Source: a plasmid. From it: DNA of 64,000 nucleotides. The translations under genes were made by a program, and so were the position numbers. The notes below the pieces were generated by a model. It did not search any database, was not told where the DNA came from, and saw nothing but the letters and a program-made list of their open reading frames with translations. Positions 21,249-32,664 of the stretch are shown here, one piece after another; the stretch's first letter is position 1, and each line of letters begins with the position of its first letter. Location of the stretch: sequence record NZ_CP104760.1; one strand, given 5' to 3'.

Positions 21249-21302
21249 ATGAAATTTACAAAATTTAATGCGTCAAATGCAACTCTGGCTGCTGTAGGTT
21301 GA
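21249..21302 (+). CDS. 17-codon sORF (MKFTKFNASNATLAAVG) with a strong RBS; candidate RiPP precursor peptide
   Basis: AGGGGG 7 nt upstream of the ATG; sits directly upstream of the MccB-like gene in the position mccA occupies; a hairpin follows it as in mcc operons; but it ends in Gly, not the Asn required by canonical MccB. Confidence 0.45.
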   Translation: MKFTKFNASNATLAAVG

Positions 21303-21320
21303 TTTGGCCACTAAGAATTA

Positions 21321-21341
21321 AAGGGCCTGTAACAGGCCCTT
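21321..21341 (+). terminator. stable hairpin (AAGGGCCTG-taa-CAGGCCCTT) between the sORF and the MccB-like gene; partial terminator or attenuator candidate
   Basis: seen directly; analogous to the mccA-mccB intergenic terminator of E. coli microcin C operons; followed by TTCT, not a strong U-tract. Confidence 0.5.
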
Positions 21342-21372
21342 TCTAAGGGATTTAGTTAAAAGGGAGTTTATT

Positions 21373-22476
21373 ATGGATGTCATGAAGGTGTGTCTTAAAC
21401 CTACGGTTCTTTTATACAAAAACAACCCCAATAAAGTAGTGTTAAGGTTCTGTTCAGAAATAATAGAATTTGATGATGAGCGTGGCGATATACGGTTTTT
21501 CTTCGGTTTACTATGTGGAGCGTACACCTCGAAAGAAATCCTTGATGAGTATGCCAAAAAATATCCATATGATTCAGGCAGAGCCAGAGATTATCTGGAT
21601 ACGCTTAATGAACTGAAACTGATTGAACTACAACCTCAGGATTATAGCCCACTAAGTGACGCTCAGAAAGAAAGATATTCGCGAAACTTTGAATTCTTTA
21701 ATTCAGCTTTGCCAGTTGGAATGAACAAATATGGCATTCAGTGTTCCTTACTTGACAGTCGGGTAGTCGTATTAGGATGTGGAGGACTCGGTAGCCATAT
21801 CATTCTTGAACTCGCCGCGTTGGGAGTCGGAAACCTGACTATCGTTGACTTTGATCTGATTGAACTTAGTAACCTGAACAGGCAGATTCTATACAGAGAA
21901 GCAGATCTCGGACGAAAAAAAGTGTTTGCTGCAAGAAATAATGCCCTTACTTTCAACTCCAGTATTAATATCACCCCCGTTGAAAAGAAAATTGAATCAG
22001 TTTTAGATATAAAAGAAATAATTGTTGATCATGATCTTGTAATCTGCGTTGCAGATAAACCGCGAAACAGTATGGTTAAATGGCTTAATGAAGCCTGCTG
22101 CAAAGCAAAGATACCTTACATCAATGGCGGGCTTGATATTCGTAAGGCTGTTTTCTATTCGGTTATCCCTGGTGAAACCGGCTGCACAGAATGCTGGAAA
22201 TCATTTTTGCCCGAACAAAACAGGAAAGTAATCGATGAGGATAGCAGTACCCAAAATGATTATATGACCCCAGCCCCGGCTCTTTCAGCTCTCGTGTCTG
22301 TGACAACGGGCGCTATGATCTGTGAAGCAATTAAACTGTTAACTGATCTACAGCCACCCTCGCTGACAAACAATCTTAAAACCTTCTCTTTTGATGATTT
22401 GACTATCACTACAACTGAAAAGTGGAGGTTAAATCCAGAGTGTCATTGCTGCGAAATTATCGAAGGCCGAAAATGA
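21373..22476 (+). CDS. MccB-like ThiF/HesA/MoeB-family (E1-like) adenylyltransferase with an N-terminal peptide-binding domain
   Basis: 367 aa; RYSRNF motif then Rossmann VVLGCGGLGSHIILELAALGVGNLTIVDFDLIELSNLNRQ; later PYINGG...PGETGCTEC (CxxC) and a C-terminal CHCC, parallel to MccB (RYSRNF...ILGCGGIGNHV...QPYINAG...PGKTGCYEC...CSVC); ~105-aa N-terminal clamp/RRE-like domain. Confidence 0.8.
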   Translation: MDVMKVCLKPTVLLYKNNPNKVVLRFCSEIIEFDDERGDIRFFFGLLCGAYTSKEILDEYAKKYPYDSGRARDYLDTLNELKLIELQPQDYSPLSDAQKERYSRNFEFFNSALPVGMNKYGIQCSLLDSRVVVLGCGGLGSHIILELAALGVGNLTIVDFDLIELSNLNRQILYREADLGRKKVFAARNNALTFNSSINITPVEKKIESVLDIKEIIVDHDLVICVADKPRNSMVKWLNEACCKAKIPYINGGLDIRKAVFYSVIPGETGCTECWKSFLPEQNRKVIDEDSSTQNDYMTPAPALSALVSVTTGAMICEAIKLLTDLQPPSLTNNLKTFSFDDLTITTTEKWRLNPECHCCEIIEGRK

Positions 22477-23642
22477 ACAAACTTATTTTATCTTATGCCA
22501 ACACTTCTTTTGGCTTCTGGTTGATATCATTTCTTATACCACTCATTGTTCTTGACATTAGTGGTTCAGCTTTTCTTGTCTCTCTTTCCTATGCGCTGAA
22601 TGTTTTTCCTTATATAGTAATAACCCCTCTCGCAGGGGTTGTTTGTGATACATATAACAGGAAAAATATCATTATGGCAGGGGAGTTATTTTGCTGTATT
22701 ACATCATTGTTACTGTTTTTTATTATCGATTTTAACCCTTCTGCTTATCTTGTTATAGGGCTAGGTTTTATTGTCTCATCCTTGTCAGCGATGCATCACC
22801 CTGTTTTTCAGTCGTTGATACCTGACCTGTATGAGCAAAATGAAATCAAGAATATTAACGCAAGCGTTGGCGTTATCGACAGCACCGTCAGTATACTTGC
22901 TCCGGTTATTTTAGGGGCGTTATTCTATAAATTCTCTAAGCAATCCGCATTGCTCCTTGTTACCCTTTGTTATTTTTTATCTTTTATAACCATTTTAACT
23001 ATACCTTATCACGGTCATAAGTCACAGGCGATATTGTCTTTGCAACACATCTGGGGTTCTTTACGGAAAGGTTTTGAATATGTCTTACATCAGAAAGCGT
23101 TATTCAATTTATCCTGCCTTTTTTTCTTTATTAATATGGGTATCAGGGTTATATTCCCCAACCTGATTTGGATTTATAGCGCCCAGTTTCATTTGAGCTC
23201 AGAGCAAATTGCTATAATGTTTGTGATTATTGGATTTGGCTCTATTTTAGGTGCGCGCATCGGGGCAGCTCTAATTGGACGGTTTGCCGATGTTTCTATC
23301 ATTATCTATTGCTCAATGATCATTGGCTTATGCAGTATACTGTTACTGGCCGCAAATAGTGCTCTGATGCACGCCATTACCTGGGCACTATCATCTTTAG
23401 TTCAATCGATTATTGTTGTTACCTATTTTACCTACAGACAAAAAGTCACAGAGCCTTATATACTCGGGAGAGTAGTATCAGTTACAAGATTAATATCTTA
23501 TATGGCTATACCTCTGGCTTCGGTATCAAGTGGCTGGGCAATATCAGTTTATGACTCTGTAACTGTTATTTATATTTTCAGCGCGCTGGTAATTCTGGTG
23601 CCGCTTTTATTCTATTGGCTGGCTACTCGAAAAGCAGTCTGA
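22473..23642 (+). CDS. MFS-family efflux transporter (MccC/PaaC-like exporter), translationally coupled (ATGA overlap) to the E1-like gene
   Basis: ~389 aa hydrophobic protein with 12 predicted TM segments; start ATG 22473 overlaps the TGA of the upstream gene. Confidence 0.8.
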   Translation: MNKLILSYANTSFGFWLISFLIPLIVLDISGSAFLVSLSYALNVFPYIVITPLAGVVCDTYNRKNIIMAGELFCCITSLLLFFIIDFNPSAYLVIGLGFIVSSLSAMHHPVFQSLIPDLYEQNEIKNINASVGVIDSTVSILAPVILGALFYKFSKQSALLLVTLCYFLSFITILTIPYHGHKSQAILSLQHIWGSLRKGFEYVLHQKALFNLSCLFFFINMGIRVIFPNLIWIYSAQFHLSSEQIAIMFVIIGFGSILGARIGAALIGRFADVSIIIYCSMIIGLCSILLLAANSALMHAITWALSSLVQSIIVVTYFTYRQKVTEPYILGRVVSVTRLISYMAIPLASVSSGWAISVYDSVTVIYIFSALVILVPLLFYWLATRKAV

Positions 23643-23854
23643 AAGGTAAGAAGTCATTTCAATGCCTGCCTTTGGCAGGCCTGATGGTAAGAAATTAATC
23701 CTCTAAGATCTGGTGCTTTAAGCCTTGTAAATACTCCCTTTTGCTATGTTTTCATCGCCTCAGATTCCTGAGACTGAGCCGATGAAAAAGAAGAACAACC
23801 CTACGCCCTCACCATCCGTTCCCTGATAGCGATTAACCTCTCCGCAGTCGCTCA

Positions 23855-23879
23855 TAAAAAAGGTGCGCCGTAGCGCACC
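23855..23879 (-). terminator. rho-independent terminator of the malK-lamB-malM operon (GGTGCGC-tacg-GCGCACC followed by T6 on the minus strand)
   Basis: seen directly about 35 nt downstream of the malM stop. Confidence 0.6.
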
Positions 23880-23911
23880 AGGTGGGGCAACTCAGCACTG
23901 TCGGGGCAGCT

Positions 23912-24826
23912 TCACCCCTTGCCTTTAACACTGCTGATAAAGGTTTTACGCGCCGACGTCGAACCCAGTCGTTCCGCCTCGTCCAGCAGCCTGAGCGCCT
24001 TGTCGATATTGCCCTGATCCACCGCCTGACGAATGCTCTGATTAAAGTAACTTTCGGTGTCGCTCACCAGCGGCGCCGACGGCGTCGCGGGCGCGGTACG
24101 GACCGTCGCCTGCGTAACCGGCTGAGCGCTGCCGATCGTGACCGGCGCCGGGCTGGCGGAGCCAAACAGCGGGCCGACCAGAATCGAGGAGGCGGAGCTG
24201 GTAGAGACTTTCAGCTTAATCTTGCCGTCTACGCCGTGACGCGCGACGGGATCGGGAATATCGGGCACCGCATGGCCGGTGCCTCTGGCGTAGGCTTTTG
24301 CCGGATCGACCAGCGTGGTGGTCTGGTTGAGATCCTGCGCGGTGGTGAAGACCAGCAGATAAATTTTCTGCTGACCCGGCGCGGGCGTCAGCTTCATCAC
24401 CCCTTCCAGACGGTCGGCGCTCATGACGCCCGGCTGCTGATAGGTAAAAAAGCGGCTCGGAAACCAGGCGGCGGGACGCAGATTCTCGTCAAGCACCAGC
24501 ACGTTAGGGGCGAATACCTGATTGTGCGACACTTCGCTGCTCAGCGTTACCGTCATTTCGCCCTGGCTGGCGGGCAGGCTGTAGGCGGCGACCGGCCCGG
24601 TGATGCCGCTGGCCTCAAGCTGGGTACCGCTGGTGGCCAGCGTGGTGATCTGTGGACGCGAAGCATCAACGGGCTGCCAGTTCAGGCGCTGCAGGCTCGC
24701 TGTCGGAATAGTGGGCGCGGCAGAGAGATCCTGCGGCACCAGATTGATCTCAGCATGCGCTGGCAAGGCGAGGCTCGTCAGCAGCGCGGCGCTCAGACAG
24801 AGCGCGGTAAGCGTTTTCTTTTTCAT
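23912..24826 (-). CDS. malM: maltose operon periplasmic protein MalM
   Basis: 304 aa; collinear with E. coli MalM (LDEAERLGSTSAR.TFISSVKGKG C-terminus). Confidence 0.9.
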   Translation of the reverse strand: MKKKTLTALCLSAALLTSLALPAHAEINLVPQDLSAAPTIPTASLQRLNWQPVDASRPQITTLATSGTQLEASGITGPVAAYSLPASQGEMTVTLSSEVSHNQVFAPNVLVLDENLRPAAWFPSRFFTYQQPGVMSADRLEGVMKLTPAPGQQKIYLLVFTTAQDLNQTTTLVDPAKAYARGTGHAVPDIPDPVARHGVDGKIKLKVSTSSASSILVGPLFGSASPAPVTIGSAQPVTQATVRTAPATPSAPLVSDTESYFNQSIRQAVDQGNIDKALRLLDEAERLGSTSARKTFISSVKGKG

Positions 24827-24942
24827 TTTAGGTTCTCAACAGGCTATCGGGCAGCCGCTCTGGCCTGGCAATGGCCGCTGCCGCCCAGAAAATGCCGTAC
24901 GCTGAACGTACGGCTTCTGCTTGCTTTACAGGACGAGGCGGC

Positions 24943-27395
<2,453 letters not shown>

Positions 27396-27755
27396 TGCTT
27401 TCCTCTCCGCTTGCTCACTCTTGCCCGCATCGCCGCAGGCAGACTCCGGCGACCACTATGGGAAAGGTTCAGTCGCCGCACATCCTCCGCCGTGGACGGT
27501 TTAGCTGGGGGATGAGAGAGGAGGAGGAGATCGTCGCGCAGGACGGTGCGAAGGCGGCAACCTGCTGTTTTTTGTGATCGAACGCGCAGAGTCGCGGCGA
27601 CGAGAGTGTGCGCCAGCCCGTGATAACGGTGCCGTTTTGCAACGGCGATCACGGCTTTGCGTCAGCAGGCGTAGAGTGCGGGAGGATGAGAAGCCGCAGC
27701 GGATCGCCACAATGTGCGGGAAAACGATTTCCGTTTCCGCTAACAGGATGGAGTT
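27396..27755. promoter_or_regulatory. divergent malK / malE control region with MalT-box-like motifs (GGAGGA/GGATGA) and CRP half-sites
   Basis: CATCCTCC (27461-27468), GGGGATGAGAGAGGAGGAGGAG (~27498-27520), GGGAGGATGAG (~27673-27683), TGTGATCGAA; individual site calls are uncertain. Confidence 0.55.
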
Positions 27756-28946
27756 ATGAAAATGAAAACCGGCGCACGTATTTTTGCCCTTTCCGCCCTT
27801 ACGGCCATGCTGTTTTCGGCCTCGGCAATCGCGAAGATAGAAGAGGGAAAACTGGTTATCTGGATCAACGGCGACAAAGGCTATAACGGGCTCGCCGAGG
27901 TGGGTAAAAAGTTTGAGCAGGATACCGGCATTAAAGTGACGGTAGAGCATCCGGATAAGATGGAAGAGAAGTATCCGCAGGTGGCCGCCACCGGCGACGG
28001 CCCGGATATTATCTTCTGGGCGCACGACCGTTTTGGCGGCTACGCCCAGTCAGGCCTGCTGGCGGAGATTTCGCCGGATAAAAGCTTCCAGGAGAAGCTC
28101 TTTCCCTTCACCTGGGATGCGGTGCGCTTTAACGGCAAGCTGATTGGCTATCCCGTGTCGGTCGAATCGCTGTCGCTGATTTACAACAAAGACCTGCTGC
28201 CCACTCCGCCGAAAAGCTGGGAAGAGATGGCGGCCGTCGACAAGCAGCTGCGCGCGAAAGGCAAAAGCGCCATTATGTTCAACCTGCAGGAACCCTATTT
28301 CACCTGGCCGCTGCTGGCCGCAGGCGGCGCTTACGCCTTTAAAAAGACCGACAGCGGCTACGACGTTAAAGACACCGGCGTAGATAACGCTGGCGCGAAG
28401 GCGGGCATGCAATTCCTTGTCGATCAGGTCAAAGCCAAAACCCTCAACGCCGACACCGATTACTCTATCGCTGAAGCCGCCTTCAATAAGGGGCAGACCG
28501 CGATGACCATCAACGGCCCCTGGGCCTGGAGCAATATCGACAAGAGCGGCATCAACTATGGCGTAACGCTGCTGCCGACCCTCAACGGCAAGCCATCGAA
28601 AACTTTTGTTGGCGTGCTCAGCGCAGGCATCAACGCGGCCAGCCCGAATAAAGAGCTGGCGAAAGAGTTCCTGGAAAACTACCTGCTGACCGACGCCGGT
28701 CTGGACGCGGTGAACAAAGATAAGCCGCTGGGCGCGGTGACGCTGAAGTCGTTCCAGCAGACGCTGGAAAAAGATGAGCGTATCGCCGCCACCATGAACA
28801 ACGCGCGCAGCGGCGACATTATGCCAAATGTTCCGCAGATGGCGGCGTTCTGGTATGCGATGCGCACCGCCACGCTTAACGCCCTGAGCGGTCGCCAGAG
28901 CGTAGACGCCGCGCTGAAAGATGCGCAGGCGCGCCTGAATAAGTAA
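27756..28946 (+). CDS. malE: periplasmic maltose-binding protein MalE
   Basis: 396 aa; [46 protein letters not shown] collinear with E. coli MalE. Confidence 0.95.
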   Translation: MKMKTGARIFALSALTAMLFSASAIAKIEEGKLVIWINGDKGYNGLAEVGKKFEQDTGIKVTVEHPDKMEEKYPQVAATGDGPDIIFWAHDRFGGYAQSGLLAEISPDKSFQEKLFPFTWDAVRFNGKLIGYPVSVESLSLIYNKDLLPTPPKSWEEMAAVDKQLRAKGKSAIMFNLQEPYFTWPLLAAGGAYAFKKTDSGYDVKDTGVDNAGAKAGMQFLVDQVKAKTLNADTDYSIAEAAFNKGQTAMTINGPWAWSNIDKSGINYGVTLLPTLNGKPSKTFVGVLSAGINAASPNKELAKEFLENYLLTDAGLDAVNKDKPLGAVTLKSFQQTLEKDERIAATMNNARSGDIMPNVPQMAAFWYAMRTATLNALSGRQSVDAALKDAQARLNK

Positions 28947-29004
28947 TGCCCCCTCGAAGCCGGCTTGCGCCGGCTTATCACTGGCTGTTAAGGAACACCG
29001 AATC

Positions 29005-30537
29005 ATGTCAGGAAAACCGAAAACAGGAGGCGCCAGCCAGCTGCTGAAGCGCGTTCTCGTCGGGATCTGCTGTCTGCTGGTCGGCTACCTTCTGGTGCTG
29101 ATGTATGCGCAGGGCGAATATCTGTTTGCGCTGGTGACGCTGATTGTCAGCGCGGCGGGCATCTGGATTTACGCTAACCGGCGCGCCTATGCCTGGCGCT
29201 ATGTCTATCCCGGCCTCGCCGGTATGGCGCTGTTTGTGCTCTTCCCCCTCGCCTGCACCGTGGCGATCGCTTTTACCAACTACAGCAGTACCAACCAGCT
29301 TACCCAGGCGCGCGCGCAGCAGGTGCTGCTGAGCCGTCAGTATCAGGACGGCGCGGGAATGAACTTCGCGCTCTATCCGGCGGGCAGCCGCTGGCAGCTG
29401 CTGTTAGCCAGCGAGAGTGAAAATTACGTTTCGCCGCCGTTCGATTTTGGCGGCGATCAGCAGCTCAGTATGACCCGCGCCGCGCCGCCTGCGGGCCAGC
29501 GCGCAACGCTGAAGGTCATCACCAGCAATCGCCAGGCGCTCAGTCAGATCCGCGCCCGGCTGCCGGACGGCCGCGAGCTGGTGATGAGTTCGCTGCGGCA
29601 GTTCTCCGGCACGCGCCCGCTCTATCTGCTTACCGCCGACCAGCAGTTGAAAAATCAGCAAAGCGGCGAGCTGTATCAGGCGAATGATAAAACCGGCTTC
29701 TTCCAGCGCGTCAACGCCGACGGCAGCTGGGGCAGCGAGCAGCTTAGCCCGGGCTTTACGGTGAATGCGGGCTGGAAGAACTTTGTGCGCGTCTTTACCG
29801 ATGAGGGGATCCAGAAGCCTTTCCTGGCGATCTTCGGCTGGACGCTGCTCTTCTCGCTACTGACCGTGGTGCTGACCGTCGCCGTCGGCATGGTGCTCGC
29901 CTGCCTGGTGCAGTGGGAAGCATTAAAGGGGAAAGCGATCTATCGCGTGATGCTGATCCTGCCCTATGCCGTCCCGGCCTTTATCTCGATACTGATATTT
30001 AAGGGCCTGTTTAACCAGAGCTTCGGCGAGATCAACGTGCTGCTCAACGCGCTGTTCGGCTTCCAGCCCGCCTGGTTCAGCGACCCTCTGCTGGCGCGCG
30101 CCATGTTGGTGATCGTCAATACCTGGCTGGGCTATCCCTACATGATGATCCTCTGCATGGGGCTGTTGAAGGCGATTCCAGACGACCTGTACGAAGCTTC
30201 GGCGATGGATGGCGCAGGACCGTTGCAGAATTTCTTTTTGATTACGCTGCCGCTGTTGTTGAAGCCGCTTATGCCGCTGATGATCGCCAGCTTCGCCTTT
30301 AACTTTAACAACTTTGTGCTGGTGCAGCTGCTGACCAACGGCGGCCCCGATCGGCTTGGCACCACAACGCCTGCGGGCTATACCGACCTGCTGGTGAACT
30401 ATACGTGGCGCATCGCCTTTGAGGGCGGCGGCGGGCAGGATTTCGGTCTGGCAGCGGCGATCGCGACGCTGATCTTCCTGCTGGTAGGCGCGCTGGCGGT
30501 GATTAACCTGAAAGCCGTGCGGATGAAGTTCGACTAA
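29005..30537 (+). CDS. malF: maltose ABC transporter permease MalF
   Basis: 510 aa; collinear with E. coli MalF including the periplasmic P2 loop and the EAA motif region. Confidence 0.95.
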   Translation: MSGKPKTGGASQLLKRVLVGICCLLVGYLLVLMYAQGEYLFALVTLIVSAAGIWIYANRRAYAWRYVYPGLAGMALFVLFPLACTVAIAFTNYSSTNQLTQARAQQVLLSRQYQDGAGMNFALYPAGSRWQLLLASESENYVSPPFDFGGDQQLSMTRAAPPAGQRATLKVITSNRQALSQIRARLPDGRELVMSSLRQFSGTRPLYLLTADQQLKNQQSGELYQANDKTGFFQRVNADGSWGSEQLSPGFTVNAGWKNFVRVFTDEGIQKPFLAIFGWTLLFSLLTVVLTVAVGMVLACLVQWEALKGKAIYRVMLILPYAVPAFISILIFKGLFNQSFGEINVLLNALFGFQPAWFSDPLLARAMLVIVNTWLGYPYMMILCMGLLKAIPDDLYEASAMDGAGPLQNFFLITLPLLLKPLMPLMIASFAFNFNNFVLVQLLTNGGPDRLGTTTPAGYTDLLVNYTWRIAFEGGGGQDFGLAAAIATLIFLLVGALAVINLKAVRMKFD

Positions 30538-30546
30538 GGAGGCGTT

Positions 30547-31437
30547 ATGGCTATGGTACAACCTAAATCGCAGAAGCTGCGTTTGCTGCTGACTCATCTG
30601 CTGCTGCTCGCGTTTATCGCCGCGATTCTTTTCCCGCTGCTGATGGTTATGGCAATTTCACTGCGCGCCGGTAACTTCGCGACCGGCAGCCTGATCCCGG
30701 AGCAGATATCCTGGGAGCACTGGCGGCTGGCGCTGGGGTTCAGCGTCACCCATGCCGACGGCCGCGTGACGCCGCCACCTTTCCCGGTGCTGCTGTGGCT
30801 GTGGAACTCCGTTAAGATCGCGGGCATCAGCGCGATTGGCATAGTGGCGCTTTCCACTACCTGCGCCTATGCTTTTGCTCGCATGCGCTTCGCTGGACGC
30901 GCCAGCCTGTTGAAAGGGATGCTCATTTTCCAGATGTTCCCTGCCGTTCTCTCGCTGGTGGCGCTCTACGCTTTGTTCGATCGGCTGGGGCAGTATTTGC
31001 CTTTCCTCGGGCTGAATACGCATGGCGGCGTGATTTTCGCCTACCTTGGCGGCATCGCGCTGCATGTCTGGACGATTAAAGGTTATTTCGAAACCATCGA
31101 CGGTTCGCTGGAAGAGGCGGCCGCGCTGGACGGCGCGACGCCGTGGCAGGCGTTCCGGCTGGTGCTACTGCCGCTCTCGGTGCCGATCCTGGCGGTGGTG
31201 TTTATTCTGGCGTTTATCGCCGCGGTAACAGAGGTGCCTGTCGCCTCGCTGCTGCTGCGGGACGTTAACAGCTATACCCTGGCGGTCGGTATGCAGCAGT
31301 ATCTGAATCCACAGAACTATCTGTGGGGGGACTTCGCTGCCGCCGCTGTGCTCTCTGCTATCCCGATTACGCTGGTGTTCCTGCTGGCGCAGCGCTGGCT
31401 GGTCAGCGGCCTGACGGCGGGAGGCGTTAAGGGCTAA
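30547..31437 (+). CDS. malG: maltose ABC transporter permease MalG
   Basis: 296 aa; collinear with E. coli MalG. Confidence 0.95.
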   Translation: MAMVQPKSQKLRLLLTHLLLLAFIAAILFPLLMVMAISLRAGNFATGSLIPEQISWEHWRLALGFSVTHADGRVTPPPFPVLLWLWNSVKIAGISAIGIVALSTTCAYAFARMRFAGRASLLKGMLIFQMFPAVLSLVALYALFDRLGQYLPFLGLNTHGGVIFAYLGGIALHVWTIKGYFETIDGSLEEAAALDGATPWQAFRLVLLPLSVPILAVVFILAFIAAVTEVPVASLLLRDVNSYTLAVGMQQYLNPQNYLWGDFAAAAVLSAIPITLVFLLAQRWLVSGLTAGGVKG

Positions 31438-31495
31438 TCTCTTCATCAATGCAGTGCCACTGCTTCCTCAATACTAACCATAATTGAGGGTTTTT

Positions 31496-31519
31496 GGCGG
31501 CCTTCGGGCCGCCGTTTTT
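31496..31519. terminator. rho-independent terminator after malG (GGCGGCC-ttcg-GGCCGCC followed by TTTTTATT), flanked by T5 on the left so possibly bidirectional
   Basis: seen directly. Confidence 0.7.
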
Positions 31520-31659
31520 ATTGGGCTTAAACCCGGCGTTCGGCATATTCGGTGCCTGACAGGTTCAGCGCGCTGATGCCTGGCAGTTCAGATCGAGCGG
31601 GTACATTTGCCGAACGTGAGGCTTTTAATACGCCTTCGTACGTTCTGAGGAAGAGCGGG

Positions 31660-32085
31660 CTAAAGGAGTCCTTTTTGTGCAAAAGTCACCCGGGTCGCCT
31701 CATTAAGATCCATGCTTTTCAGAACGTCAGGGGAAACCCAGGCAACCTCCTGAAATTCTTCGTTAAACGTAATCGCCCGGTTTGAACTTATGCAGTCAAA
31801 TATAAGGTAAATCATGTAAATTTCTTCGGTGGCGCCGTCCGGATAGGTTTTAGTTCGGATATCATCACGAAAAGCCCAGGGTTTAACCTCGGTGATAAGC
31901 AGTTCCTTCCCTAACTCTTCCATGATTTCCCGCCTCAGGGCGATTTCCATCGTTTCGCCAGGCTCCATGCCACCGCCAGGCAGAGCCCATTGCCCCGGGA
32001 AAACCCCACGATCTGAGGCCATTTTACAAAGTAAAAATTCACCTTCATTTTGTATTACTGGGCATACGATTACTCTCTGACGCAT
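31660..32085 (-). CDS. nudI: nucleoside triphosphatase NudI (Nudix)
   Basis: 141 aa; collinear with E. coli NudI/YfaO ([35 protein letters not shown]...ALRREI.EELG). Confidence 0.85.
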   Translation of the reverse strand: MRQRVIVCPVIQNEGEFLLCKMASDRGVFPGQWALPGGGMEPGETMEIALRREIMEELGKELLITEVKPWAFRDDIRTKTYPDGATEEIYMIYLIFDCISSNRAITFNEEFQEVAWVSPDVLKSMDLNEATRVTFAQKGLL

Positions 32086-32664
32086 GTTAGCTCCTTATTA
32101 AAAGGCCTGAGTTCCATTGGGATGAATACCTGTCACCACTTGATATCGAAGATATACCGGAAAGTTATCTGTAAATTGCTGATATTGCGCATGACAGTCG
32201 GCAATCTTTTTAAGCCTGGTCGCCGGTCAGCTATTTCGTGCGGACGTAGAGGCTTTCAGGCTAAAGCCTGCTGAACTGACGGAGCATAGCCACAGTCAGC
32301 AACAGCGTGCCGACAACGCTGCACAAGGCGCTAACTGTTTCGCCTCTTCTGTTACGCTGTCACGTAAAAAGAGGTGGCAAGGGTTGATTTTGCATTTTTC
32401 TCTAAGGCGCTTACGCCAGGCGAAAGAAGGAGATGCCAGTAGCCAGGCAGGCGTACGCGTTTGTACGGCACTGCGCAGGGACGCGAGAGGTTCGCTACAA
32501 GGTTTTGTGAAAAGTTTAACTGAATACCTCAGGCTTATTGCCAGGAAATTGTCTTTTCCTGCAAAGCGCTGATGAAGCAGACCTGTCTGTTTAACCGTTG
32601 CGAAGGTATTAAAGCGTGAGTGCTGCTGGATAAGGCTGACCACATCGCGTGGCCAGCCAGAGGC

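Larger units (their letters stand above)
20290..23750. other. AT-rich (about one-third GC by eye) horizontally acquired island inserted between malQ and malM
   Basis: abrupt compositional shift compared with the flanking ~60% GC mal genes; carries the regulator, sORF, MccB-like enzyme and MFS exporter; boundaries are approximate and no flanking direct repeats or mobility genes were found. Confidence 0.6.

Noticed and set aside
21207-21302. Extended 31-codon version of the sORF starting at the upstream in-frame ATG (MQYKFISFNYRGFIMKFTKF...)
   Set aside because: There is no Shine-Dalgarno sequence before ATG 21207, whereas ATG 21249 has AGGGGG at ideal spacing. The short form is favoured but the long form cannot be excluded.
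21249-23642. Identification of the island as a bona fide pantocin A (paaPABC) or microcin C7 (mccABCDEF) locus
   Set aside because: There is no PaaB-like oxygenase or MccD/E/F homologue. The sORF has neither the EEN core of PaaP nor the C-terminal Asn of MccA. I therefore report it as related but distinct.
31552-31785. 77-aa ORF between the malG terminator and nudI
   Set aside because: It overlaps the 3' end of nudI on the opposite strand and has no RBS. It is likely spurious.
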